Below are positions 38,073-50,708 of a stretch of DNA of 64,000 bases, in pieces. Each line of letters opens with the position of its first letter. Within the stretch, counting starts at the first letter, position 1. Location of the stretch: positions 19,344,001-19,408,000 of the forward strand of contig OX597822.1 of NCBI GenBank assembly GCA_951406725.2, in the 5' to 3' direction. The notes below the pieces were generated by a model, which saw nothing but the letters and a program-made list of their open reading frames with translations, had not been told where the DNA came from and did no database searches. Position numbers and translations under genes: made by a program. This DNA comes from Octopus vulgaris (taxonomy: Eukaryota).

Positions 38073-40802
38073 TCATTTAGCGTCCGCTTTCCATGCTAGC
38101 ATGGGTTGGACGGTTCAACTGGGGTCTGTGAAGCCAGAAGGCTGCATCAGGCCCAGTCTGATCTGGCAGTGTTTCTACAGCTGGATGCCCTTCCTAACGC
38201 CAACCACTCTGTGAGTGTAGTGGGTGCTTTTTACGTGCCACCCGCACAGGTGCCAGACAGAGCTGGCAAGCGGCCACGGACGGATGGTGCTTTTTACGTG
38301 CCACCAGCACCAGGGCCAGGCGAGGTTGGCAACGGCCACGAACGGATGGTGCTTTTTACGTGCCACCAGCACGGAGGCCAGTCGGGGCGGAGCTGGCAAT
38401 GGCCACGATCGGATGGTTCGCTTACTTGTCACCGGCACTGGTATCACAGCTGCAATTTCCATTGATGTTGATCAACTTCGATTTTGGTGCTGCCTTCTGA
38501 TATCTAATTTGATTTGGTTTGATTTTGATTTTCACTTGCCTCAACGGGTCTTCACAAGTGGAGTTTTGTGTCCCAAGAAGGAAAGGTATGTATAAGTCGA
38601 CTGGCTACATACCAGGTAGAGGCCACGGGTTATGGTCTCACTAGTCTTGCCGGGTCTTCTCCCACACAGCATACTTCCATAGGTCTCGGTCTCTAGTCAT
38701 TTCCTTGGTGAGACCTAAAGTTCGAAGGTCGTGCTTCACCACCTCATCCCAGGTTTTCCTGGGTCTACCTCTTCCACAGGTTCCCTCAACCGCTAGGGTG
38801 TGGCACTTTTGCACACAACTATCTTCAGCCATTCTCGTCACATGACCATACCAGCGCAAACGTCTCTCTTGCATACCACAACTGATGCTTCTTAGGTCCA
38901 ACTTTTCTCTCAAGGTACTTACACTCTGTCGATTACGAACACTGACATTACACATCCATCGGAGCATACTGGCTTCATTTCTTGCGAGCTTACGCATATC
39001 CTCAGCAGTCACAGCCCATGTTTCACTACCATGTAGCATGGCTGTTCGTACACATGCATCATACTGTCTGCCTTTTACTCTGAGTGAGAGGCCTTTTGTC
39101 ACCGGCAGGGGTAAGAGCTCTCTGAATTTTGCCCAGGCTATTCTTACTCTAGCAGTTACACTTTCAGCACACCCACTGACTTGGTCACCTAGGTAGCAGA
39201 AGCTATCAACTACTTCTAGTTTTTCTCCCTGGAACGTGGTAGAAGTTGGTCTCTGCACATTTTCAGTGTTTATTGCTCCTGAGCATCTGCCACAGACAAA
39301 AACTATTTTCCTAGTTAGCCTTCCTTTGACATTGCTGCACCTCTTATGTGTCCATAGCTTACACTTGGTGCACCTTATAGAGTTTCTACCTACACCTTTT
39401 TTACAGATCAAGCAGGGCCATCTACCTGAAGGCGTTTGTGATTGGTCTACCTTCCTACTTATTAGGACTTGGGTTTTGGCTAGGTTGATTCTAAGGCCCT
39501 TCGATTCTAATCCTTGCTTCCACACCTGAAACTTCTCCTCCAGTTCTGATAGTGACTCAGCAATTAGAGCAAGGTCATCATCATAGAGGAGCTCCCAGGA
39601 GCAACCTGTCTTGAATTCCTCCGTTATTGCCTGGAGGACTATGATAAATAGGAAGGGACTGAGGACTGAGCCTTGGTGGACCCCAACCTCCACCCGGAAT
39701 TCTTCACTGTACTCGTTGCCAACCCTCACCTTACTAGCAGCGTCTCTGTACATGGCTCACACAGCTCTCACTAACCATTCATCTATCCCTAGTTTCCTCA
39801 TTGACCACCAGATAAGGGATTGGGGGACCCTGTCAAAGGCTTTCTCCATGTCAACAAAAGCCAGGTACAGGGGCTTATCTTTGGCTAGGTATTTCTCCTG
39901 CAGCTGTCTTACCAGGAATATAGCATCAGTAGTACTTTTCCCTGGCACGAACCCAAACTGCATCTCATCTAAGCTAACTCTCTCTCTAATTAGTTGGGCT
40001 ATAACCCTCTCCATAACCTTCATTACCTGATCCAGCAGCTTGATACCCCTGTAGTTATTTGTATCTAGGACGTCACCTTTACCTTTGTAGCAGTTGACTA
40101 TTATGCTGCTACACCAGTCATTGGGAATGACTCCTTCGTGTATCACCTGGTTAACTATACGGGTGACTAGGCTATAGCCTACACTACCAGATATTTTGAG
40201 CATCTCTGCAGTAATTCCTGATGGGCCTGGGGCTTTCCCTGTTTTCATGCTTCTAGTTGCCTTAACTACTAAGGAACTGTCAACTCGGATTGCTGGTCCC
40301 TCTGTTGGGTCGACATTCGGCAGACTCTCTTTATCCCTTTCATTTTCCTCATTCAGCAACCTTTCATAGTGGCATCTCCAAACCTCTCTCTTTGCATCCT
40401 CATTTAGCGCAAGTGAACCGTCATCCTTGCGAACACATTTCTCTCCTACCACGTCACGATTCTCTCTCACACACTGTCTTGCAACACGAAATATCTCAAG
40501 TCTTTCATCCTCACGGCGCAGAACATTGGCAAATTTTTTCTCATCTGCTTCCCCTCTGGCTAAATACACCTGCCTCCTAGCTTCCCTTCTGGCAATCTGA
40601 TACACTTCCCTGCTACCACCGTTCTTCCAGTCCTTCCAAGCCTGTTTCTTTTGTCTAATAGCCCTGTCAACAATATTGTTCCACCACCACGTTATTTTGG
40701 GTCTTGAGGGGACTTTTCACCAGCCACAGATCTGGTCAGTGGCTTTCAGCAGGTTGTCCCTTAGAAGCGTCCAGTTGTCAGAAGCGTCCAGTTGTCAGAA
40801 GC
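38069..40802 (-). mobile_element. RTE-clade LINE, 5'-truncated, about 2.7 kb, inactive
   Basis: RT motifs NYRGIKLL, QFGF.PGKSTTDAIF, FVDMEKAFD, GVHQGSVLSP, embedded PHD-like Cys cluster, RGRPRKTW. In-frame TGA at 39759-39757; YADD reads YDDD; (TGA)n tail. Confidence 0.95.
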
Positions 40803-41039
40803 ATATATATATGCTAGTGTATGTGCTTGTCCTCCACCATTGCATGACAACTGGTTTTGGTGTTTACCTCCCCATAACTTAGTAGTTCAGCAAAAGAAAC
40901 CAATAGAATAAGTACCAGGCTTTACAAAGAAATAAGAACTAGAGACAATTTGTTTGACTAATATTCTTCAAGGCAGTGCCCCAGCATGATCGGACTCTAA
41001 TGACTGAAAAAAAGATAAGAGTGAATGAATTGTTCAAGA

Positions 41040-41500
41040 AAAAAAAAGGGAGAGGTGGTATAAGGTGTGCTGGTAGCAAATTTGAGGAAACATGGAAGTT
41101 TTGAGGGATGTAGTGTCACAGTAATTAACAACTGATGTGGTTAGTTTATTCCATACTTCAGCAATTCTGAGTGAGAAAAAATGTTTTCGAAAATCATGGG
41201 TGCTGTACTGTTTTTTTGGATTTTGTAAGCATGTCCACGAGTGTTAGACATATGGAATTCAAACAGGTGCCCAAGATTGTTGTTGGAAAGATAGTGGATA
41301 ATCTTGTGGGTGTCTATCAAATAAGTTGACAGACATCGGAGCTTTATTGTGTCCATGCCTAGGGAAGTAAGATGTTCAGAGTAAGGTAGATGCTTGATGG
41401 AAGGTATTCGTTTGGTTGCACTTTACTAATTAGTTTCCAGGAGATTGATATGCTGAGCAAGATAGGAGTTCCAGACTGGTGATGCAAACTTTAAGTGTGA
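41040..41500 (-). mobile_element. CR1-like LINE 3' fragment, different family
   Basis: Peptides HLKFASPVWNSYLAQHINLLE and NTRGHAYKI are typical of CR1 ORF2 C-termini. Confidence 0.75.
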
Positions 41501-42309
41501 TATATATAACACTATATATATAAATATAACACTACCAAGACTCAGTTTCGCTGAGGTGCATGAGTCTTCCCAAGAAATGCCTATCACCAGAACCAGTCCT
41601 TTAATCAACCAGGTGTTTCATGAGTTTGCATCATTCTTGATGAAGCACTGAATTTTATACTGTATTACCATCATCTTCATCAGGAACTGCATTTTTTTAA
41701 TGTCTACTTTTCTGTGCTTATTGGGATGCATTTTTTATAGCTGGATGCTCTTCAAGTAGCTAATCCCCCACTTGATTCCAAGCAGGTTATACTTCACCAT
41801 GACCAAACGTGTTTTCATGAAATATAGAAAATAGGATACCACTTGTATAACAGTGACACTTCTTTACAATTACTGGGAGACATAATCATACACACACATA
41901 TACACATACATGTACAACAGACTTCTTTCAGTTTTCATCTGCCAAATCCACTCACATGACTTATTTATAGCGCCTGAGGCTATAGTAGACGGTTGCCCAA
42001 AGTGCTATACAGAGGGATTGAACTTGAAAGCATGTGATTGGGAAGCAACATCTTAGCCACATAGCCATGCCTGCATCTATCTTATTTGATTTTGTGATGT
42101 GGATTTCTACATCAGATTTATTGTTCAATAAATAAATCATTTCATGATAACTCCAGTGTTTCAAAATTTCTTTAAAAAAATTCCAAATAGTAGAATAACA
42201 TTTTCCTATCTTTGAATTTCTTTTCTATTGTTGATGAGAAGGGAAGCATTCATTATGCAGATGCAAAATTTAAACAATGTTGAACAATGTATTTTGTCTC
42301 CCTCTTGAC

Positions 42310-42872
42310 TGTATGATTCCTGTGTGCGAACAGTCATGCTACCCAGCAGTGAGTGACACATGGGCTGTGGCTGCAGAGGACATGCAAAAGATGAAAAAGA
42401 CGAAGTTGGTATGCTTCACTGGATGTATAATGTCAGTGTGCATGTACAACAGAGTGTAAGCATCTTGAGAGAAAAATTGGGCATAAGAGGCATCATATTT
42501 GGTGTGCAAGAGAGATGAATGATCATGTAATGGATATGGACAGCTGCGTAAATAAGTGCTGATCTCTAACTGTGGAGGGAACCTGTGGGTGAGGTAGATC
42601 CAGGAAGACATGGGATGAGGTGGTGAAACATGATCTTCTAATGTTGGGTCTTATGGAGGTGATGACAAGTGATCAAGACCTATGGCAATTTGTTATGTTT
42701 CAGAAGATTCATCAAGCCAAGTGAAATCGTAGTTGCGGATGGTGACACATAAAAGGCACCAACTATACTCATGGAGTGTAGGAAGGGCATCCATCTGTAG
42801 AAACAAAGACAAAATCAGACTGGAACCTGGTACAGCTCTCTGGCTTACCAGCTCCAGTCAAACCGTCTAACC
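42310..42872 (+). mobile_element. Degenerate RTE 3' fragment; its tail resumes at about 43235-43283 after a hAT-like MITE
   Basis: DTWAVAAEDMQKM peptide. Tail ccagtcaaaccgtctaacc resumes as aacccataccagcgtggaaagtggacgctaaatgat. Confidence 0.75.
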
Positions 42873-43231
42873 CAGTGGTTCTCAACCAGAGACCAGATGG
42901 CCCCTGAGGGTCCATATAAGATTTTGGGAGGGGTCTATGCAACAAAATAGTAAATTGGAGATCCACAATAGTATTTTAATGGCACCTAAAAAAATTTTGC
43001 TTCAGATGGATGTATTGGTATGTATCGCAAGAAACAGCTAGGATTATTTCTCTAACAGTCTACATAATTCAACCTACACCAGCGAATGTGTGAAAAACAA
43101 AACAGAAATTTTGAAAGAAATATCTATAAAACTTTTTAAACACCAAATGGTTATGGATGTCCACCAGAATAATATGATAACCAAAGGGGTCCATAGATTA
43201 ATTTTTTTTTTTTAATGGTTGAGAACCCCTT
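42873..43231. mobile_element. hAT-like MITE; partial relatives at about 18835-18922 and 60067-60215
   Basis: cagtggttctcaacc ... ggttgagaacccct ends; repeated gggtccata subterminal motif. Confidence 0.7.
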
Positions 43232-44418
43232 GATTAACCCATACCAGCGTGGAAAGTGGACGCTAAATGATAAAGATGATGATAAGAGAGTAACACTGGA
43301 TTTGTTGGCGATATATTGGTTTTCACTGAGATTCCCTTGTACCTTGTAATGTAAAGAAATACCGAGTAATGTGATTAGTGTGCGATGTACTTACCAATTG
43401 ATAAAATTACATACGATGAATTTATAGCAAACTGTCCGAGAAAGCCATTGAAAGACCAGGTGGAAGAGTTAAACTGATCGGCAGATTGATTGGCAGTTAT
43501 TTCTAGCACCTACAGGCAGGTAGTTACTGTTGTAGAAGTGTTTATTGTTTGAAAACTGGACATCTCGCAACCGATAATAACAGAATAATATAAAAATAAA
43601 CAAAGACCTGGAGCATAAATAATTTCTTGCAGAAATCTAATATTTATAAAGTAAGGAATTGTGTTAATGCCTTTCCAATAACATGATTACTTAGATCAAA
43701 TGATTAACGGTTTATGGCAAAGTCTCTCACATCAATCTCAATTGTACTCAAATATAAGTAAATACAAATGTTGTGAGTCTACAAAACTTTTCGAGGGGAA
43801 CACCAGTTTCCCTTGGCTTGCAGTTTAAGGGTGTTTCCATCCGTATTTTTGATTATTTCTTGATTTCCGTTTTAATTACAAATTAATTTACAAAAAAATA
43901 ATCTTTTGTAAATAAATCTATGATTTGAAATGAAGGTGCAATACAAAAATAAAGACGATATACTTATAACTCAACGGAAATGTTTGATTTTGGGATTAAC
44001 AATTTGGCCATATATACAAATTATACGGTTTGTGTAGAACAGATATATAATAAAGACCATAGAAGTTATTATCAAGTCACAACTTGCCTCGGAGCACACA
44101 ATTATATATATATATATATATTAGTCAAACTAATACACCTTGATTGTTGTTGCCTCACCTGTCTGTTTTGCTTTTTGTGTTCTTTATGTACGATTTTGAA
44201 CCTATATATATAGGCGTGTATGTATATGTATGCACATATAAATGTGCGTGTGTATGTATATATATCGTTTACCTTTTACTTGTTTCACTCATTAGACTGC
44301 GGTCACGCTGGGGCACTACCTGGATATATATATATACCGGAGTAAACACATAAATGTGAAACAAGGTGGAAAAAAGAGTACTCAAATACCAGTGGTAGAG
44401 TAATATGCTTTATTTAAA

Positions 44419-44497
<79 letters not shown>

Positions 44498-45211
44498 ATT
44501 GTGAATGTATGGTTAGGTTCACAAACCTGATTTAGTTTTGTTACTTGGATTGTTAATATAGAGTTAGGGTGAACACATACCTGGCTTTGTTTTGTTACCT
44601 GAGTATTTTTTTTATGTTGTTTAATGTTTTTCACATCATCGATAAAGTAGCCCGGATATTTCAGAGAGACAAAATAAGTTATGAAGGTATCAACAATCCC
44701 AGGAACTTATAATTATGCCATCTTAGTAGAGCTGAATGAATTTTAGAAAGAAAAATGTAGAAATACGAATACTTTTAGTCGGTTATATTGCAATAGGTCG
44801 ATGGTCGATGTTTGAAGCAAGCGCCATATGCAGCGAACAAGACGATTGTTCTGATTGGACAGAGACGGAACCTATGGAAGGCTGTACATTGGAACTTAAT
44901 AAAAATTTACAGTGGACTTGCCAGATTTATATAAACAGAGGAAACCTTTACCAAATATCTTTTATCACCTTTCGTGGTTGGATTTTTTTTTAATACGCCA
45001 TCTTTTATGTTCCTGTCTGGATACTAATTGTATATCTATCTACTCAGTCGTTCTTTCATTAAGATATCGGTAAGTACTGTGAAACGTATGTTTTGTTGAA
45101 GAGGTCTAATAAGAACGAAAAGTGTCCGATGTTGTCTCCCGTACTTGACATAATGATTAAATGTGATGCAACAAGTTTTGTCTGTGAACAGGTCGCGGTT
45201 TCAAAGCGACG

Positions 45212-45610
45212 AAAATATTTGGTTAATGTTTACATCTTGACCCGAAAATGAAAATCGAAAAAAAAAATACTGGAATGGGTGTAAAACAATGAGTAGGAAA
45301 CGAATATGAAAAAAAAAAAGCGCGGAAAGCAACGGGAGGGTGGGGAGAGGACTTCGGAAAATTCACAAGATCCGAGTTTTTCCCTCATAACTTTCAGAAA
45401 AATGGAGGGGTTTTTTCAATGAAATTTCAACTGGCATTCATTACGATTATAAAGTAATTTGTGGGGGAAATCTTTTCCAAAGAGTGGGGAGAGAACTTTG
45501 GAAAATTTACAAGATCCAAGTTTTCCTTCATAACTATGTGTGTATATATACATGTGTATATATATGTGTGTGTGTGTATGTATATATATGTGTGTGTGTG
45601 TATATATATG

Positions 45611-45643
<33 letters not shown>

Positions 45644-46367
45644 ATATGCGTGTGTGTGTATATATATGTGTATATATATATAGAGAGAGAGAGAGAAAGT
45701 AATAACGAGTGAATGAGAATAACGACGAAGGGTTAAAAAAGCGTAAAAATAATTGAAAATGAAACACAATTGAAGCCAAAACACTTAAAATTATTGAAAG
45801 TGGGTAGAAATAAACACTACGTAGTGTAGTAGTACTACGCTATCTGTATCTTTAAAAAATTGAATGTGATTTCGGAATATAACGAAGAAAAATTCAGATC
45901 TTGGGAATTTTCCGAAAGTCCTCTCCCCACCTCAAGATTTTCCCTACAAATTACTTTATAGTCGTAATGTATGCCGTTTGAAAGGTATTTCTATAAAATT
46001 TCATTGAAAAAAAAACATTTTCCTAAAATCTACGAGGGAAAAACTCGGATTTTGTGAATATTCCGAAGTTCTCTCCCCACCCCCTTGGAAAAGATTTTCC
46101 CCACAAATTTCTTTATAATTGTAATGTATGTCGTTTGAAAGATATTTCTATAAAATTTCATTGAAAAAAAAAAGCCATTTTCCTAAAAGTTGTGAGGGAA
46201 AAGCTCGGATCTTGCGAATTTTCCAAAGCCCTCACCCCACCCTCCCGTTGCTTTGCACGCATTTTTTTTCCATATTCGTTTCCTACACATTGACTTACAC
46301 CCATTCCAGTATTTTGGAGGGGGAGGGGGATTTCCGGGTCAAGATGTAAACATTAACCAAATATTTT
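45212..46367. mobile_element. Foldback-type element with long modular inverted repeats; related fragment at about 10765-11035
   Basis: Ends aaaatatttggttaatgtttacatcttgacccg / cgggtcaagatgtaaacattaaccaaatatttt. Internal module gtggggagaggacttcggaaaattcacaagatcc is repeated in both arms. Confidence 0.8.
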
Positions 46368-46637
46368 GACAAATTAAATTTAAATGTTGAAGTGAATCCA
46401 ACAGATTTTTGCGTGTTCTTAAATGGCTTATAAACATTTTCCACGTTGCCCTTGTAATAATATTAGTTATTGAAGCAATGTCTTTTTCTCACTTCATAAG
46501 TATTTTAATTACGTATTTAGATACTATCTATATTTCGATGCTAATTATTTGTAATGCCAGTTGTTTTCAATAATAATGACATTAAACATGTTTCCACCAA
46601 ATTTACTATTCTTATACACGACCCTTGGTAATTCACC

Positions 46638-46825
46638 ATCATCATCATCATTTAACGTCCGTTTTCCATGCTGGCATGGGTTAGATCGTTTGACAGGGGC
46701 TGGCTAGGCAAAAGCCTGCGCCAGGCTTCACTGTGTTGACGTGTTTTGTTATGGCTGGATACCCTTCCTAACACCAACCACCTTACAGAGTGGACTGAGT
46801 ACTTTTTACCTGACACCAGTACTGG
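46638..46825 (-). mobile_element. Short RTE-tail element. Representative of many copies at about 3340-3510, 6700-6900, 18618-18825, 19855-20090, 25750-26135, 31210-31354, 37410-37900, 50450-50585, 53330-53580, 53840-54195, 60770-61210
   Basis: Shared (cat)n-ttaacgtccgttttccatgctggcatgggtt start and ggctggatgcccttcctaa block, matching the RTE LINE 3' end. Confidence 0.85.
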
Positions 46826-46964
46826 TAATTATACATGGTAATTTAGTTTTTTTAATATCTTTCAGTATTTTCTTCAGTCCTGCTACATTCTGTGTTCAAA
46901 TCCAGTCAATATAGACTGTGTTTTACATTCCTCTGGGACAAACACACATGCATGCATACACACA

Positions 46965-48115
46965 CACATGTGCTAGTATCAACATTTGGGATACTGGATT
47001 GGACACTCTATGAGATACACGGTCAGGGCATCAAAATCAGAAAGACACTGATCACCACTGGCAACTTCCACATTACCAACATTGCAACACTGATAGGATC
47101 TATGTGAGATGAAGCGATGCCGGAAGAGGCAGAAGATCAGTCCAAACAGCCTTTGAATGTCGCATTGTATCACTCAGACAACACCTGCTCAACAGTAAAG
47201 AAAGAAATTAGTACATTCCATGCATACTCAAGCTAGCATCGTACCAACAAAAAGCAATGCATGGGTACATATCCTGTAAGCTAGAGTGTAACAGCAGCAT
47301 TGACACTGGTATAACAGAGTTGATTTATTTTTTTTATCACAATGTGGAGTTTTGGTGGTACCTTTGTCTCTCTTGTTTATCAGGTACTAGCAACATCCTA
47401 TATGTCAGCAGTAATCTCCTTAAGAAGCACTCTATTTCTGATGACCTCCTAAACAATCCCAAGTTAGCTGGACTAACATACCTGAAAGAAGACCTGACTG
47501 TGAAACACTCTGCATACCACAAAAAGTCTAATTTCCTGAAGACTTGAAGATTATGGTAACATCAACATGAAATGCAGCTTCACTTGGACTCACAACAGCT
47601 TCAATACATCACCTTTTGAAGGAGAGAAGATTGCTACAAAATACCTAATAGATAAAAGAGACAGTGAAGCACTTGATACAATCAAAAATGTCAATTATGT
47701 CACACTTTCATGGAAGACATCCTACAAGTGATCATCAGCTTCCCAAAAATGCCATCCTAATAAAGACTGTCCTGGGATAAATATAGAACATCAACACAAA
47801 GAATATTAGTGGAACATTCCCATCATAACTTCTACCAAATACAAACTTCATAGAGGTCAGCTGCCCTGCTAATGTGAATATCTCTTTCAAAGAGAAAAAG
47901 GATATCTACAGACAACTACTTCGAAACCTTCAGCTCCTATGTCCAGATTATAAATTCACGTTTATACCAATAATAATTGGTGCATTTGGTTTTGTGAGTA
48001 AATGCCCAAGTGACAATCTGGATAAGCTGGGATTTTCAGAAATATAAATCAACCAACTAACACACGCATCACAAATACAATCTCTATTAACACTACATGT
48101 CTTTAAAAAGATCTT
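46965..48115 (+). mobile_element. Degenerate R4/Dong-like LINE fragment
   Basis: TFGILDWTLYEI...IKIRKTLITTGNFH; IEVSCPANVNI; LRNLQLLCPDYKFTFIPIIIGAFG, homologous to the 54516-54869 ORF. Confidence 0.75.
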
Positions 48116-48145
48116 CTCTGTGATGTTTAAACAACACACATACAT

Positions 48146-48658
48146 TAAGTAAATCCTCGAGTATAATCTGCATTTTTTTCCCAAAATTTAAAGGTCAAAA
48201 TCCCTAGCGCATACTGTATACGAGGTTAAAAATGAAAAATATTTTCTAAGCAATGTCCAAGTCTCTATTTGCTGTCCAGCAATGTTTATTCAGACACATT
48301 TTGTGATGTCGGGCATGAAAATGCCTTAAGCTAAGCCTGAAAGCAGAAGTCATAAAAGAATCATCCATAACTTGCAATAAGCAACATTTATTAAACGTTA
48401 TTACTGTTATTTCTTTATTTTCTACAAACAAAATGCACAAAAAAGCTACACGTTTGCATTATGTTATATATACAATAATAATAAAGGACATTACTGTATA
48501 CATTTTTACAAACCAACGATGTTATATCGACCTCCTTGACTCAAGTTAGAGAAGGGGTGCGTATTATACACAAGGTTTAGGTTTTTCAGAGGTACAGCCC
48601 CCTAAAAATCCCCTGCGTATTATACTCAAGGGTGGACTATACTCAAGAATTTACGGTA
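48146..48658. mobile_element. Non-autonomous pogo/Tc2-like element (CCGTA-type TIR)
   Basis: gtaaatcctcgagtata ... tatactcaagaatttacggta, with subterminal repeats gcgtattatac. Confidence 0.7.
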
Positions 48659-49014
48659 TGTGATATTGATAGTGTTATATTATTGAACTGCTTCTGTTGC
48701 ATATTCTCAATTTATTCTACTGATGCAGTATAATTGCAGACCAGCAAATAGTTTAAACACTATATGTAAATAGTTCAGTCTTGTGATTTCTATTTTGTTT
48801 TAGAAGTAACGTGAATATGTGGTACTGATGATCCACAGCTACAGTGAAATACAATGTCTGATGCTTTCATGATCACTTCTGGGGCTATTTTGTTTCACAT
48901 AGCTCTGACATATATTGTTTTGTAACACTAAACATCTTTAAAGAGATTTCACTAGAAGGAAAACTACAGCTTCTAGCATTTAAACAACACATATATATTT
49001 AAGTAGTATGTGGT

Positions 49015-49329
49015 ATTCTTCCTTTCGCCCTTTTCAAGCCTAGCCAGGCTTATGGGCCTGGTTTCCTGGTTTCTATGGCGTATGTGTTCCCCCCCAGCTG
49101 GACGGGATGCCAGTCCATCGCAGCATTTCTCAAGAAACAGGAAGAGAGAGTGAGAGAAAGTTGTGGCGAAAGAGTACAACAGGGGTCGCCACCACCCCCT
49201 GCCGGAGCCTCATGGAGCTTTTAGGTGTTTTTGTTCAATAAACACACACAATGCCCAGTCTGGGAATCGAAACTGCGATCCTCTGACCGCGAGTCCGCTT
49301 CCCTAACCACTGGGCCATTGTGCCTCCAC
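49015..49329 (-). mobile_element. tRNA-derived SINE family C (V-like domain). Young head at 56715-56885(+); related elements at 628-796(+) and 11305-11430(+)
   Basis: Head ggaggcacaatggcccagtggttaggg ... gtttcgattccc, then ctgcgatggactggcatcccgtccag. Confidence 0.8.
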
Positions 49330-49789
49330 TGTATGTGGTATTAATAATATTTATATTATAGAGCTACTTCTGTTGCATAAGCTGAATATATATCATAAGG
49401 TGGTGCTCCAGGATGGCCGCAGACAAATGACTGAAACAAATAAAAGAATATATATAGGCATGCCTGTGTGGTAAGAAGCTTACTTTCTAGTCACATGGTT
49501 CTGAGTTCAGTCTCTCTACATGGCACCTTGGGTAAGTGTCTTCCACTATAGCCTTGAGCAGACCAAAACCTTGTGAGTGGATTTGGTAGATGGAAATTGA
49601 AAGAAGCCCATCATATATATGTATGTATATATGTATATATTTATGTGTGTGTGTGTGTTATTGTGTCTGTATTTGTCCTCCCCACTCCATCGCTTGACAA
49701 TCAATGTTGGTGTGATTACATCCCCATAACTTAGCGGTTCAGCAAAGGAGAAAATAGAATAAATACTGAGCTTACAAAGAATATATACT

Positions 49790-50350
49790 CACACGGCCTT
49801 GCTCAATCTGTAGAAAAGGTGTAGGTAGAAACTCCATAAGATACACCCAGGGTAGGCTTTGGACACATACAAGGTGCAACAATATCGGCGGAAGGATAAC
49901 AGGGAAAATAGCTTTTGTATGTGGAAGATGCACAGGCACAATAAATGCTGTAAATGGACAGAAAATAGACTCCATCAACTGCCAGTGGGGCAAGCTGGAG
50001 ATAGTAGATAGCCTCTATTATCTAGGTCACCAAGTTAGTAGTGGAGGTGGATGCTCTGAGAGCATAACTGTGAGAATAAGATTGGGATGGGCAAAGTTCA
50101 GAAGAGCTCCTACCCCTGCTGGCAACAAAGAGCCTCTCTCTCAGAGTGAAAGGCAGATTGTTTGATGCCTGTGTGCGAACAGCTATGCTACATGTCAGTG
50201 AAACATAGGTTGTAGCAGCTGAGGTTATGTGTTGGCTGGAAAGAAATGAAGCCAGTATGCATCGCTGGATGTGCAATGTCAGTGTGCATGTTTGACCAAG
50301 TGTAAGCATCTTGAGAGAAAAGTGAGGAGTAAGAGGTATCAGATGTGGTC
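49790..50350 (+). mobile_element. Degenerate RTE LINE fragment
   Basis: Nucleotide match to the RTE C-terminal region (tgtagaaaaggtgtaggtagaaactccataag ... gaaagaaatgaagccagtatgc). Confidence 0.85.
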
Positions 50351-50357
50351 TGATTGT

Positions 50358-50358
50358 T

Positions 50359-50394
<36 letters not shown>

Positions 50395-50401
50395 CATAAT
50401 C

Positions 50402-50432
<31 letters not shown>

Positions 50433-50453
50433 TAATAATGACAATAATAATCA
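50358..50453. repeat. (AAT)n microsatellite
   Basis: Direct inspection. Confidence 0.97.
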
Positions 50454-50653
50454 TTTAATGTCCACCTTCCATGCTGGGTTGGACGGTTTGACAGGTGCTG
50501 GCCAGGCAGGAGCTTGCACCAGGCTTCTGTGTTTGTTTTGGCAGGGTTTTTATGGCTGGATGCCTTTCCTAACACCAACCACCCATCAGTTATATATTTA
50601 AAAAAAATTTTATTTCATCTAGATTCAGCTCACGAGCTGTGGCCATGCTGGGG

Positions 50654-50708
<55 letters not shown>

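Noticed and set aside
48820-48862. ctgatga...gaaatac hammerhead-like string
   Set aside because: Stem II is misregistered and stem I does not close.
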